A program made the position numbers and the translations under genes. A stretch of DNA of 64,000 nucleotides from Adineta vaga (Eukaryota > Animalia > Rotifera): positions 15,686,001 to 15,750,000 of the forward strand of contig CP075492.1 of assembly GCA_021613535.1 (NCBI GenBank), written 5' to 3'. The notes beneath the pieces were generated by a model. It saw nothing but the letters and a program-made list of their open reading frames with translations. It made no database searches and was not told the origin of the DNA. Below, piece after piece: positions 25,058 to 38,415 of this stretch. Numbering within the stretch: position 1 is the first letter of the stretch; each line of letters opens with the position of its first letter.

Positions 25058-26733
25058 TTATAAAATGTGCATTAATGATCTGAGAACTGGTACCAATCCA
25101 TTAATATCATCTGGTGATAATGTTCGAAATACATCATTGCGCATTTCTTGATGAATCATCTGCCATGAAATAACATCACCAATGAGTTGGCTAAATAGAT
25201 TAACTGCTTTTTCATATCCATGCGTTACTTGAATATATTTCCACAGTAATTCTATATAACAAGTTTGTGCACGATAGACAGACATTTCATCATTGAGGAT
25301 TTGTTTTTCATAATGATTCGGTACTGAAATACCTTTTGTAAGAATAAGTATAATCAATATTAATTCGATGATTTTTCGATCATATTTTCCTAGTTGTAAA
25401 AATGAACGAAAGATCTTTCCTGATCGCATACACATTTTATAACCGTGAAGTATTGGAAAGAACTGCATGTTCACTGGCACATCAGATGTACTTTCAATGA
25501 TTTGACCAGTTTCTGTATTGTATGAAAGTGCACAATATATACCAAGAATTGTTATAAGATTAGATTTAACTAAGGTTACTTTATCATCAGAATTTAATTG
25601 ATTAAATTCAGGTATTTGCTTGAAGAATGATAAAAGTCGTATGGCTGATACTGATTGCCTATTGAGTACTTGTAAAAAAGTGTTTGCATGTACTGACGGA
25701 TCCCATGGAAGACCATCACGAGCCGCTAAGATGTAAACATAGTAAGATGAAGAGAGAAATGATCAAGAAAAATATTTGTTTACCAAACTCAATACGCTTT
25801 TGATAAAAAAGTGATACATTTTCTACACGTTGCAAATCTTCAGGACTGAGAAGTATCTGTTGTGGTTGAGGTGGTAGAAGATAAGTGGAGTCAGTGAGAA
25901 GAATATCTGTATCTATCGATGTAGATAACTGAGAATAATACAAGAGTACATAAATGAAATTATATTTTTCTTTTTTTCAAATATTCTTACATCGTCCAAT
26001 AACGTAGACGGTGACGATTGATACTCTTGTTTATTTGTTTTCGAATTCGAATTGACTGTTAAACTTCGATTTTCTTCTATTTGACGTTGTCTTGATGCTT
26101 TTTGTGCCTCCTAAAATCTAGCTTTTATGAAATATTTTTCTTCTCTTTTACTGTTACTGTAGAGATTCGATCACGTTGCATTCCAATGTTAAAACATTTA
26201 GCTAAACGACAGGCCACACAAGCACGACGTGTTTCTGATGTTATTCGACAATCACCTTTCTTGTTACACGGAAGAGTATTCTAGAAAGAACAAACAAAAC
26301 ATTAGAATCTTGAGACATGAGAACGTGGGAATTTTTCATCTAAACATCACAAGTATGATGTAGTATTTTCAGGAACTTACAAGATCTTTTCGAGCATTAC
26401 GACGAAAGAAAGCTTTACAACTTTCACATGTAATTGAACCAAAATTGTAGCCATAGGCTGATGATCCACAAACGACACAGATTAAAGACCTATCCTTAGA
26501 TTTAGTCTTCTTATGTGAAGGTTGGATCTTGTTCTGAATAAAACATATTCTTTTTTCTTCTATCAAAATAATCTAACACTCACCTGTTCATCAAACCTTT
26601 CACTATTATTCCCATCGGATGGAAGAACAATTTGTTTTAATATTGATACACTGCTATTATTTTCAAATTGATCAATGATACTATCATCATCAATAATAAT
26701 CATGATTTTCTGTCGTTTTGGCTCTGATGTCAT
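25058..26733 (-). CDS. Nuclear receptor of NR1J (HR96/DAF-12-like) type, multi-exon
   Basis: Zn finger CVVCGSSAYGYNFGSITCESCKAFFRRNA (P-box CESCKA, typical of NR1J); second finger CNKKGDC...RRACVACRLAKCFNIGM; LBD exons end at VLRSLMHIL*. Exon 1 26733-26584, exon 2 26533-26381. Confidence 0.85.
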
Positions 26734-28458
26734 GATTCAAAGAGTGCAGTTTTATTTTTCTAAAACGACATAAGTTTCAAGAATTTAAGACTTTTTTAAG
26801 ACAAGAAAGGATATGAGTGAGGAATACATAATTATTAAAAAATAGACTAATGACTTTACATCGGTTACTAATAAAGATGTTTTTACTTGAACTATTCTCT
26901 CTTTCCAGTGTTTTGTAACTTTAACTCAGAGAAAGAAAAGAAAAAGAAATGTTTTTTTATTAACATTCTATCGAGCAGTCAGAAAAATAAATGTGACGAG
27001 GAGAAATGCGCACAAAAAGAAAGGTTCGGTAAAAAACAAAAACTTAATGATGCCTGAAACCATGTGTTTTTTTTTCTTTGACTCGTCTACTCTTCTTGTT
27101 TATTATTTTTTATATATGTATATTACTAATAGATACTAAGATAAAGGTTATATAATAAATTTTATTCATAAAATTGCTATTCATAGTAACGACGTAAACT
27201 TGACATGTGAGAAGAGTTTGGTTGAAGGAAAGAAAACATTAATTTCAACCGGTTACTTGTGTTTTTTCTAAGTCGTACTGTTCGAATAAAAGGAAGTTTT
27301 TAGAATACGATAAATTACTTTAGTTGATATAAAGAAAAAAGTAACGACAACAGTGTACGCAAAGAGAGGAAAGAAAAAAATAAAACGGTGAAAAAAGTGA
27401 GACGAAGAAAATATAGTCAACGATGAGTCACATCAGAAAAGGATAAAATATACAGAATGAAAAGAAAATCAAAATCTGGTGTATTTACATTCTATCTATA
27501 TTTTTTTAATAAAAATCGACCGAATCTTTCAATGTACCTAATATCTTAATTACATGTATTCACTGCAGATTATAAATAAACCATCAAAACACACATTGCG
27601 CAGTTAATTTCTATTGACATGCTTTGATTCTTACTACGACATATGTATAGCTAATAGTAGAGCATGAACAAAATCATAATGGAATATGACCGTCTTAATA
27701 AATATTTTCAGATTTATTTCTATCTCGTCTAACAATGTATCGCCATTAAATTACTCAAAAAAATATTGAAAAAATCTCGTCAAGTATGTTCAAACGGTTG
27801 TATATATGCATTAGAAACTATTTTAAAAATCGCTTCAATTACGCTGCAACTCGATCGTTATTTCAACTAAAATATGTGCCTCGCAATCGAGTTCAAACAT
27901 TTAGTTGTAGTTCTAACTCTAGTATCACTTAGCAAAGCAAATGTTAACTAGAAAGCAAGCTACACGATACTGTGTCTACCATGTAGATATAACTGAGCAT
28001 GTGATAAAGAATGGTGCTGATTTTGAGTATGTGGACAGCTTTCTCTCATCATACTCCAGGCAATGTAAAATTCTAGTGAAATTTGTTTCTGCTTTTTTGT
28101 ACATGAATTGATAGAGCGTGAGTTATTGATCATAATTAACTGCTTTTCGCCTTTTTTTAAACTGTTTTCTGGTCAAAATCATGAAAAACTTCAACTTTTT
28201 CCTCAATCACTGCTTTCTACTTTTCACGAAAGGTTTGATAAGTCTATCTAGCAAACCTATCTAGTTTTTGAAGGGAAGCGAAAGAGCCATTTTTTTATGT
28301 CGTCGCAAAACTCTCTTTCAAATTTGATTTATAAGCATATATCGTAAGTTCGTTTATATTTCCTTTCCATAATTCTTCTTATAATTTTCACTTTTCGTTA
28401 GATTATGAGGCGATTGTATTCGTTGTGCAACTCTAGATCACTTGTTCGCACTTTACAT

Positions 28459-28520
28459 GGAGGTGGGTGTGGGTGAGGGTGAGGGTAGCATATTTGCACG
28501 TTAAACCTAGCCACATTCAC
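28459..28520. repeat. Telomere-like G-rich/C-rich short element (G4-capable)
   Basis: GGGTGTGGGTGAGGGTGAGGG followed by a degenerate C-rich arm. Confidence 0.55.
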
Positions 28521-29510
28521 ATCATCAAGATGATTGATATTTTTCAAAGAACAGTAAAATAGAAAAGGCATCATTCACTTATATATTCTTTTACTATTCT
28601 TTTCTGAATAAGAATTTCTCTTGAAATATATGCACAAGATGAATTGGAAAATTAATTTCATGAAATGAATTTTCAAAATCATAGAGATCTATTATACTAA
28701 CTAATGGATAGTTTATTCAACTGCGGTACCTTCTCGAAGTAATGTATTAAGTTTTGTTTTTCAATAATACCATTTGTCCTCATTCTAATTACAACTTGAA
28801 TATCTAGTGTATATTGACTGATAATTTTCTTTGCAGGTCATATATCTCGGTACTCTAAATTGACAAGATTTCAAACTTAAAATATTATATAGGGATTTTA
28901 ATATGCAAAATATTTCTTCCTCGAGCGAATAAGCAGAAACTCAAAGTTCAGCTTTTACCAGTGGTTAATAATAAACTAAGATTTTGATGAATATATAAAC
29001 TGTCAAATATAAGATGCTTAGTGACCCACGGAATAATATTGGTTCTTTCCTTCTCAAAGTTAACTCAATTATGTGAGTGATAAGGATATTTTACACAGAA
29101 AAGATCAATTTATTTGTCATAGAGTACGAAATGTTTTTTTCTATGATGAATTCGTTTCTTTAGCTAGAAAAATATACAAATAATTCTTGTTACTTTTGTT
29201 AATTGCGAATTCATGATAATTCTGTAATCAAAGAAATCGTTTCACTGTATTTTTAACATCTAATAACTGAGTGAACGATTTTCTTAAAAAAAATTTCATC
29301 AGTTGTCTCTCTCTCTCTCTCTATGTTTCTTCTCCTCCGGATAATTTGAATCTGACAGAATCTTATTTGGAAACTAATATATAATGATGAGAAATAAGAC
29401 CTGTTCATGTCAAAACTTTTCATTCCGGACAAGAAGACTTATTTATTTTCAATATATCATTGTGCTTTATACATATATATTGCGAACTTTACCTAATTCA
29501 AATTGATATC

Positions 29511-30569
29511 ATGTCATCTGCGGATATTTTAATTCAACAATTAAATACAGCAAGCACAGTTATACTTATGACCGTTTCAATAATCAACTTTGTCTCAGGT
29601 ATTGTTGGTCTCACCCTCAATGTATTTATTTTTACTCGATCAAATCTACGTCATCAACCATGTTCATTCTATTTCTTATCTTCAACATATGTGAATTACT
29701 TTGTTATATTAATCATTATTCCAGTTCGTATTCTTACGAATATTTATAATATTGATATAACTGATTATAACCTTAGTATATGTAAAATACAAGAATATTC
29801 ATTTTATGTTGCACGTACAATATCGTGTTGGTTAATTACTTTGGCAATTATCGATCGTTATTTACATAGTTCCTCTGATGCATCACTTCGTCGAAAGAGT
29901 TCAATAAAAATAGCAAAAATAGCAACGGGAATAATTATACTTCTTATTTTTGTCGTATATAGTCATATGATTGTTTATTTCGAGATTAGTTATACGTATG
30001 ATCAATTTGGTGGAGTAGTGACACGATGTGATGGTCAACAAGGTACTTATCGTATATTTTTTGGTCTTTGGTATATGATTTTCTACTCACTTGCGCCATC
30101 ATCTTTAATGCTTCTCTTTGGATTTTTAACAATAAAAAATCTTCGTCAACGTCGACAGATTATCCCAACAATAGCTTCTGAAAACACTCATAAGAGAAAA
30201 CGAACAAATTTACAACTTTTACGCATGTTAATAACCCAAGTTCTAGTCGTCATTATTAGTACTTTACCATTCTCAGCCTATCGACTATATGCAGCATTAA
30301 CGGTCAGTGTAACTAAAACTACTCTTCGACTTGCTCAAGAAAATTTAGTCGCTCAAATTGTTACTGGATTGGCTTATTTATCACATTCATGTAGTTTTTA
30401 TATGTTTACACTCTCTGGAACGATGTTTCAAAAGGAACTTAAGGAAATAATTAGACGTTATTGGCGTCCTAATCGAAATCAAATACACAGTGTTGCTGCT
30501 GTCAACACACAAACAACATCACATTTGCGAGCCAATCAAAAAATTACCGTTCAGAATAACTTAGTTTAG
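29511..30569 (+). CDS. Rhodopsin-like orphan GPCR
   Basis: Intronless 7TM, LAIIDRY, QPCSFYFL, FYMFTLSGTMFQKEL; probable start MSSADIL at 29511. Confidence 0.88.
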   Translation: MSSADILIQQLNTASTVILMTVSIINFVSGIVGLTLNVFIFTRSNLRHQPCSFYFLSSTYVNYFVILIIIPVRILTNIYNIDITDYNLSICKIQEYSFYVARTISCWLITLAIIDRYLHSSSDASLRRKSSIKIAKIATGIIILLIFVVYSHMIVYFEISYTYDQFGGVVTRCDGQQGTYRIFFGLWYMIFYSLAPSSLMLLFGFLTIKNLRQRRQIIPTIASENTHKRKRTNLQLLRMLITQVLVVIISTLPFSAYRLYAALTVSVTKTTLRLAQENLVAQIVTGLAYLSHSCSFYMFTLSGTMFQKELKEIIRRYWRPNRNQIHSVAAVNTQTTSHLRANQKITVQNNLV

Positions 30570-31157
30570 ATTGAAATTTAGTTTTCATTTATGTCGAGTA
30601 TTTTTCACATTTTACAATAAAACTATTTCCTCTATCCAGTATACATAAAGACTATCATCGATATCAGATGCTAAAAAATCTCTACGAACGTGTAACTGGT
30701 TCCATTCTGTTTTCCTTTTGTGGATGTGAATAAAACTGGCAGAAAAGAAATCATACACATTCCATCTGAAAACTATTTCTACATCCATACTCATATTCAT
30801 ATTAGATATTCTTCAACTAAGATCTTGCTTATTAAAAGAAAAGGTGCAATGAGATTAGAAAAAACATCATCTTAAAGTCAAGTTTCTTTTGTGACATGAA
30901 AAATCTTTGTATTTGATCGTATACGAGTTTATAAAAAGTTCTCTGCCAGAATGCTTAAAATATTATTATTTGAAAGTAATTGTTATACTATATTTGCTTA
31001 TCAACTTGTTGTTGAAGCGTATGCAGATTTTTCATTTCCATAGTTTCGCTCGATGTTCTTTGAAAACATGAATAATATGAGATAATGAATTATCTGTTCA
31101 TTTATATGCATGTTGTCAGAAGAAACTTTCATTAAGTTAAACAAAACGAGCATAGAC

Positions 31158-32120
31158 ATGTCAACTTCATATTTACTTCTTACTCAAGTTAATCTTACTC
31201 GATATGGTATGACAGTGTGTTTAGTTTTGGGTAATATTGGTAATTTCCTAGTCACTTATTTTTTTCAAAAATAGCGTGAGAGCAAATGCTCAACATATTT
31301 ATCTTATACTGCTGGTATGAGCATTATTTTTCTTACATTTAATGTTCCTCTTCTTGTCTACGGTTCCATTTACGTTGATCAAGCTGCACAATCAATAATA
31401 TTTTGTAAAATTCGTCACTATTTACCCCATGTAGCCGGTCAAATAGCGAGATATCTTCTTGTCTTGACATGTATTGGTCGTTTCGTATTAACTAGTTATC
31501 ATGGTCGTTTTCGAAATTTATTTCAATCGATTACAGCGAGAAAACTTCTCAGTATAACAATTTTACTTTGGTTCTTAATGTCTGTTCATATACCAATATT
31601 TTCAACAGTCAAAAATGGTCCATGTGGTTAGTTTCCTCCTTATTATATCTTTTACCTTAGTTATGTTATCATTTTTGTTTGTACACTTCCTCCAGTAATC
31701 ATGACTATCTTTGGATATCTTACCTATCGAAATCTTCGACATATACGATTACGAATACGACCTGTTGAAAATACAGTAGCCGATAATAGTCATAATCTCG
31801 GAATTCATCAACGTGATCAAGACTTATTGTCAATGGTATTAGCTGAAGTTATTGTTTATGTTATAAAAATGAGTTTTTATCCAATAATTTTGACAGAAAT
31901 TGCAATTACCAATCATTTAAATATTGTAAAAAGTACACAATATTTGGCAATTGAGAATTTTGTAGTATTTATCGCTACCATGGCTGGCTATATCAATAGT
32001 GCCGTATCATTTTATATTTATTTTATTGCATGCAAAACATATCGTCAAACTGCACTCAAATTTTTTAAACATTCAACACATAGAATAGTTGAACACTTAC
32101 AAACAAATTTTACACATTAA
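31158..32120 (+). pseudogene. Rhodopsin-like GPCR with two in-frame TAG stops
   Basis: One frame from ATG 31158 to TAA 32120, interrupted by TAG at 31272 and 31629; the DRY position reads GRF. Confidence 0.75.
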
Positions 32121-32279
32121 ACAAAACATACAAGACAAGTACTGAAGACTTCTTCAAAACTATTCGAAAGAACTAATTATTACGTATATCTATATCTATA
32201 TTTATAAATGTTGTCACACTACTATTGTACTGAGTTTATTTTCTCATTGAAATTAAAATATGTAAACGTATATTTTATG

Positions 32280-32338
32280 TTGAAGGGTGGCTATGGTAGG
32301 CTTGCTTCTTTAGATAGTCACACACCCACACCCTTCAT
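32280..32338. repeat. Telomere-like palindromic short element
   Basis: TGAAGGGTGG ... CACACCCACACCCTTCA inverted arms. Confidence 0.55.
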
Positions 32339-32347
32339 TTTGATATA

Positions 32348-33157
32348 TTATTGACAAACTGTCAACAGAATAACAATAAGCCAAACAGAGAGTTTTATAA
32401 ATTGTGAATCATTATTTAATCGTCCGTCGGGTGTTTTTGTTAGACGATACTTGAATAGGATGTCCTTCACAGCTTTTAGTGTTGAGTGTTCATTACATAA
32501 GGATCGATTACAATGAACATCAAATGTAGCATGGCTACCTGAATCAGAAATATTTAAATATCCCAACTTGGCCTGCGGGCCATTATCACAATAACGAATT
32601 ATTTCGTTTTCTGTTAATTTATCCGAAATGAAGCATGAGCCAGGGTTAGTTCGATTAGCACATTGATGTAGATTTTCTTTCGAGTCGAAACAGATAAGAT
32701 TCGAATTGTTCGGTGATTGTGGATCAACTGACACTAACGGTCTAAGTTCACTTACAACAGAAAGATAATTAATTTGACGCGCAAGCATTTCAGTTATTGT
32801 TATTCGTGCAAAATCTTGAACACAATCACTTCTCTCCGTGCACGCGTAATGTATGGCATACTTAAAGTAGTAAGAAGTGGTTGGAAGTATATTAATCACG
32901 ATATTATGTTGATTATCCGCACTAATGATGGTATTCGACGGCTCAGCTTTGAATGCTACGACATATTCTTGAAGATAGTACCAGAAAATAATATCCAAAC
33001 GGCATTTGTTGGCGGACACCATTTGGTTACATTGACTTGGTACATTGAATGGTGTATCAAAACTGAATGTATGCGAACAATTAGTTATACAATGAAGAGC
33101 GTTACATGTCAAGAAACAACAGCAGATAAGAAGAATAAAACGTTGAAAGAGTAACAT
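32348..33157 (-). CDS. Cys-rich cell-surface protein, probably GPI-anchored, Ly6/three-finger-like
   Basis: Signal peptide, LHCITNC start, terminal CNRSLCN motif, C-terminal hydrophobic tail. Confidence 0.7.
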   Translation of the reverse strand: MLLFQRFILLICCCFLTCNALHCITNCSHTFSFDTPFNVPSQCNQMVSANKCRLDIIFWYYLQEYVVAFKAEPSNTIISADNQHNIVINILPTTSYYFKYAIHYACTERSDCVQDFARITITEMLARQINYLSVVSELRPLVSVDPQSPNNSNLICFDSKENLHQCANRTNPGSCFISDKLTENEIIRYCDNGPQAKLGYLNISDSGSHATFDVHCNRSLCNEHSTLKAVKDILFKYRLTKTPDGRLNNDSQFIKLSVWLIVILLTVCQ

Positions 33158-33582
33158 GATGACAAAGAATGATAAATATGTGTTTATTTAGAAATGCTCC
33201 CAATACGCTGTTATATATGCTATTTTATTCGCTTCGTATATTATTACTATGCATTATAAAGTCATATTTACTTAGAAACTAGAAATGATATGATATAGTG
33301 ATGATGAAACAGTTCTGGACTATATGTGTCAATGTTTTCATACTAGAGATACCTGACAAAACACGCACCTTATTGAAAGTGTGGATATGGTTAGGGTGTG
33401 AGTGATTATTGTTTTCTCACCCATCCTCAAATTACTCGAATTATTTATACTTCTTCTTTAATGAGAAAAAGAAAATGATTGGAGATTTTTTTAACCAATG
33501 AAATACGTTTTGTTTCTTACGGTAAATATAAAATATATCTTATGATTGTTTTCTTTTCTTTTTTGTTATTTAATATTTGAAA

Positions 33583-34653
33583 ATGACATTGAAATTATCA
33601 TGTTTATCAAAACAACGAAAATCTTTTCCGAAAAAGAAAATCAATGAATATCAAACATTATTTGATGATTTAACAAATGAAATTTATTATGAAATATTCG
33701 ATTATTTAACATATAATGACATTATAAAATCATTTTTTAACTTAAATTCTCGTTTTATAAGATTAATTGAAAATTATCCACATTGTATACGTCTTGAAAT
33801 AGATAAAAAATTACCCAAATTGATTCGTTCATTAAAAATAACATTAAATTCTCAATTATATTTATTTAATTCATTAGAATTGAATCAATTTACATCACTT
33901 CGTTCAATATCAATATCAAATTTACGTTATAATGAAATCAGTCATATATTACATATAATTCCAACTAAACAATTAGAATATATTTATATTGGAATATGTG
34001 TTAATGATCAAAAAGAGAATTTTCCAAAAATTTTATCTTTAATACAAATACAAATTCTTAATTTAACTCAATATCGATTAAAATCTTGTCGATTTAAAGA
34101 TCAATTTTCTATTCTCATTCAAGATTTACCTGAACAATTTTCTCAATTAGAACATTTACAAATCAAATCATGTGAAAATTTTTCTTATCTTTCACAAATT
34201 CTTCATCGAACACCTAAACTTCGATCACTTGATGTTTCAATAAATGAATCTTGTGAGCAAATCTTAATCAAATCAAATCAATATTATTTAACACATCTTA
34301 TTCTTCGTCCATCTCATGAATCTACCATCGATGAATTAAATCATTTTATTAAACAATGTTGTTTTTATTTAAAAAAATTAATCATTCAATTATATATATA
34401 TAAAAGTAGTCAACTAAAATTACTTAATGTTAATAAATATCAATGGATAAATATATTTCCAAAACAATTAAACTATTTTTACTTAAAATCAATTCCAAAT
34501 GCATCAATTCATCTGAAAAGATCTTTTCCACATGACCATTTACAAAAACCTTTATATGAGAATTTCAATTTAATATCTGATCAAGATCAACAACATATTT
34601 GTCAAATTATAATTGATGGAATTTTAATTAAATATTGGAATAAAGATATTTAA
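33583..34653 (+). CDS. F-box / LRR-like protein
   Basis: FDDLTNEIYYEIFDYL...FFNLNSRF F-box followed by LxxLxI repeats. Confidence 0.8.
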   Translation: MTLKLSCLSKQRKSFPKKKINEYQTLFDDLTNEIYYEIFDYLTYNDIIKSFFNLNSRFIRLIENYPHCIRLEIDKKLPKLIRSLKITLNSQLYLFNSLELNQFTSLRSISISNLRYNEISHILHIIPTKQLEYIYIGICVNDQKENFPKILSLIQIQILNLTQYRLKSCRFKDQFSILIQDLPEQFSQLEHLQIKSCENFSYLSQILHRTPKLRSLDVSINESCEQILIKSNQYYLTHLILRPSHESTIDELNHFIKQCCFYLKKLIIQLYIYKSSQLKLLNVNKYQWINIFPKQLNYFYLKSIPNASIHLKRSFPHDHLQKPLYENFNLISDQDQQHICQIIIDGILIKYWNKDI

Positions 34654-34740
34654 TTTCTCTGTTTAATTATATAAATCCATATGAATATATCGAAAAGCGA
34701 CATCTATTTTTTGAACATATTTCTTTATTTCCAATAAATT

Positions 34741-35699
34741 TCATTTATTCGAAATCAATCCATTCACGCCCTCAAGATATTTTCTATTGCTTTCAGATGA
34801 ATATAGTTTCAACAGTTCTTTTCGAAAAATAGCTGCCGAAAGAATATAGAGAAAAAAACGAAAGAAAAAAAAGTGCCTTGTTGCCGGATAATAGATAAAG
34901 TTCGAAGTCCAATAACAAATGGTGTAACTATTGAAGGTACAAATGTTGTCACTGTATAAGTAACAGCAGTTGGTAACGAGAAGATTAAATGTATTACAAT
35001 TTGAATAATGAATATTCGAGTTAGCTGACGTTCTGTACGACGTTGATTTCGACTAACTAATGGTACTACACGACGTGCATGACTTCGAATATTATTAATC
35101 GTTAATAAACCAAATATCGTCATAATTATTGGTGCAATTATATAATATAAAATAATTCGACTGCAAAGATATATGGTAATAATTATTGTTGAATCTTGTG
35201 TACATCGATTGATATTATAATTCCAATAGGGAATGACAATGAATGGAGTCATATAAATTATAAGTGATATAGTTACAGTGATGATCACTCGTTGTGCTAC
35301 TTGTACATTACTAAAATGAAGTAACCATACTGATGATGAACTAATAGAAAAACGATCAATCGACGAACATACTAACATCAGTGTTGCGAAGAATGATGAG
35401 GAAAAAATGAAAAATTGATATACTCGACAACCGATTGGTGAGAAAATGATTGATATCCCAAAATGAGCAACAAACATATTTGCCGGTGAGAAAATCATGT
35501 AGACTAAACTGGCTATAGGCAATGCGAGAAAATAATGAGTACATGCTGATAATCGAAGACATCGACGAGATAATACTAGAATATTTATTATATTAGTTAA
35601 CAGTATCAATACTATTGCAATAGGCCATATATACACGCTAACTCGATTGATTTCGTTATTAAAATTGTTTACCACTAATGATGATGTTGTGTTATTCAT
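34741..35699 (-). CDS. Rhodopsin-like orphan GPCR with a frameshift in a T-run in TM7 (lesion or assembly error)
   Basis: CSSIDRF motif. After the homopolymer at about 34865-34872 the family-typical tail LSFFLYILSAAIFRKELLKL continues in another frame to TGA at 34741. Confidence 0.75.
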
Positions 35700-35984
35700 A
35701 ACTTTTTTAAAAATTTAATGGAATAACATCAGAAATTTTTCAGAAAAAAAGTACTCACTTCCCACAGGTACATATTACAAGATATATCTCACTATCATTC
35801 GCTCGAAGCGCATTTAATTTGTTGAGTACTCTTAGAAAAATCAACAGAGTTTAGAAAATAAAAAGAAAAGATTACACTTGAAATTAATTAGTAGAAACAG
35901 AAATCCATTAACAATTTCTTCATAATTACGATTCTCTATCTAAAGTAATTGCTAAACTTTCTTTTTCTACTAAATATACTATGT

Positions 35985-36047
35985 TCTGAGGGTAGGTGTA
36001 AGTGTGGATAATTAATCAACACAGACACCCACACCCACATCCACAAG
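35985..36047. repeat. Telomere-like palindromic short element
   Basis: GAGGGTAGGTGTAAGTGTGG ... CACCCACACCCACATCCAC. Confidence 0.55.
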
Positions 36048-36118
36048 ATCCGATCCTGACATGATAAAATTCACTCCAGTTTTATTTCTAATTATATATT
36101 TGCTAATGTTTAATACTA

Positions 36119-37603
36119 TTAAAAAAGCATAGAACACACGGCAACAATACCACTACAGCATATCAGAAGACCAATCAGGGAGTATTGTACAAGTAGTAAT
36201 CCAAACGCGAACTTATATAGATTTTCTCGACAATAGTGTGCTTCATTAGGTTGATCGTATTGAACTTTCGATCTTGCAGGAAATACCCATACGCTTCCCT
36301 ATTAAAATCAAAATAATATTCATGATAGTGACATGTTTTATGCATTTTACTGTTATTAGCCATGCGAGAAAAAAGAACACTAATAAACATGTGATACAGC
36401 CACTAATAGAACTTCCGATGGTAATGTCATCGGAGCAACGTTTAAACGTTATGAACATCTACAAACAGCGTGTACTTCTTAGAAATAAATAAATCACAAA
36501 ATCTTACTATAATGAAAATTAAAGGAAAGGTACTTAAACCCACAGCACCAAAAACAGTCATCCATCGTGGAATCCATGGTTGAATAGGACAATCATTTTT
36601 ATATATTTGACCAATGATTAGAGTAGTTAATGGCAGAAAGGTTGCTATGGCTAGCATAATGAATAATGCTATTTTCTTTTTTGACATTGACTTTTGAACA
36701 ACTTCATTCACAATTGGTAATGATGCAGGTTCTGAATTTGATATGTTCTCAACTTTTGATGTGCCTACTGACAGTTTCTCTGGAATTGCTATTGGCACAT
36801 ATGTTGTACCTATCCAACAGTAAAACTTTTAAAATTTAAATAATCCCAAAAAATTCTTAATTTTATAAATTAAATGGAATCGATTTTCACATACTTTGTG
36901 TGTTACTTATTTGTTGGTATTGAAGTGAATTCGAAGGATCATCATTCTCGTAACATCGTTTTATCTCAAGTAGTACTCCATAGATCATGACGCTAGAGCG
37001 ATGTTTCGTCTTCCATTCTAATGCATTATTTGGAATAAAAGAACATATTCGTATTCCTTGTTGGTCTGCTTTGACTGTTTCCCCTTGAACAATAATTGAA
37101 TCAGGTTTTTGTTTACATTGCAATGCCACTTTTATACTATAGAGCTGCAAATTATAAGGTGACCTAAAGTCATATTTATGAGCATAATAATCAAGTGCAG
37201 CATAATTGATGGATGGTGTTGTAAAAGCAAAGTGTTCTCCTGGAATATGACCTTTTCGTATTTCTAATTTTTTCCCATGCATAGTAGTATCATTAGGTAA
37301 AAGAAGAGTTCGATGTTCAACACATGATATGGCATTCTCAATAGTTGTTCCATGATAACAATTAAGCCATGTATCCCATACTTTGTGATGGTTGAAAAAG
37401 CTTTCATCAACCGATACAGCAAAGCGAGTCCATCCACGGGGAATGACATATGTGTAACCAGCTACAGTGAGTGTATCTGCAAGATTAGATGAATAACATC
37501 GATTACAATAGCATCGATCATGAGCTTTTTGACGAAATGCAGAGGGCCACGAAACGCTTTTTAAGAATTCTCCACCAACGCGTAAGTGCTCACATTCAGC
37601 CAT
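36119..37603 (-). CDS. NEURL4-like ADP-ribosyltransferase domain fused to a TMEM272-like 4-TM domain, 4 exons
   Basis: CYCNRC, YVIPRGW, CYHGT, FTTPSINYA, LQCKQKP, ALEWK. Phase-compatible introns (36894-36810, 36507-36459 and a third) join CPIQPWIPRWM, FFLAWLITGSVWVF and YCRENLYKFAF, ending at TAA 36119. Confidence 0.75.
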
Positions 37604-38055
37604 TGCAACATATACAATAATAAAAAGATTGTGAAAAGATTCAAGTAAGTGAAAGTCGTTATCTCTTAAAAGTATTTTGATGTGAATAAATATTTGCTTT
37701 CGATTATTTCTCCGAAGTATACAGGTGAATATAGAAAATAACAGCAAAACTCAAGGAAGACGAATATTCCTCTCATATCATCTAATTTCGAGTTTTACAA
37801 TCGTTTTTACAATCTTTTATATATAACTGGATAAAAATTACAGTTACTCAAGTTACTACTGTCGTTTTCACTTATCTTCGTAATTGGCAAATATAACTAT
37901 ATCGTAAATAATTTATATTTGAGCAAATTCAAAAAAAACGTCGGTAGTACAATGAATTCAAAAGTCATGATTACAATTTAAATCAAGTTGAAAATCTCTG
38001 ATTTGTCATCCTAAATTGTTAGAAGATAAGTGATTATATAAAAACACGAATCATA

Positions 38056-38415
38056 CAGGGTGACCCAAAAGTTACGATACCAGAATAAAAAAATTGGATA
38101 TCTTCTTTATGGCTATACCAAAGAAGCTGATTTCTTTACCACATATAGAGGCGTGTTCATACTCGAAATTCATATAGACAAGATTAGTGAGAACCTGTGT
38201 TAAGCATATTGCTTTTTTTTCTATGTATGATCAAGTAAAAAATTTCTTGTTCTGGTCAATAGTGATACCTAACAAAGGTTCTTACTAATCTTGTCCACAT
38301 AAATTTCGAATATTAACATACCTCTATATGTGGTAAGGAAATCAGCTTCTTTGGTCCAACCATAAGGAAGATATCCAATTTTTTATTTCGGTATCGTGAC
38401 TTTTGAGCCACCCTG
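38056..38415. mobile_element. Tc1/mariner-type MITE (360 bp, ~150-bp imperfect TIRs, TA target duplication)
   Basis: TA|CAGGGTGACCCAAAAG ... CTTTTGAGCCACCCTG|TA with long complementary arms and no transposase ORF. Confidence 0.85.
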
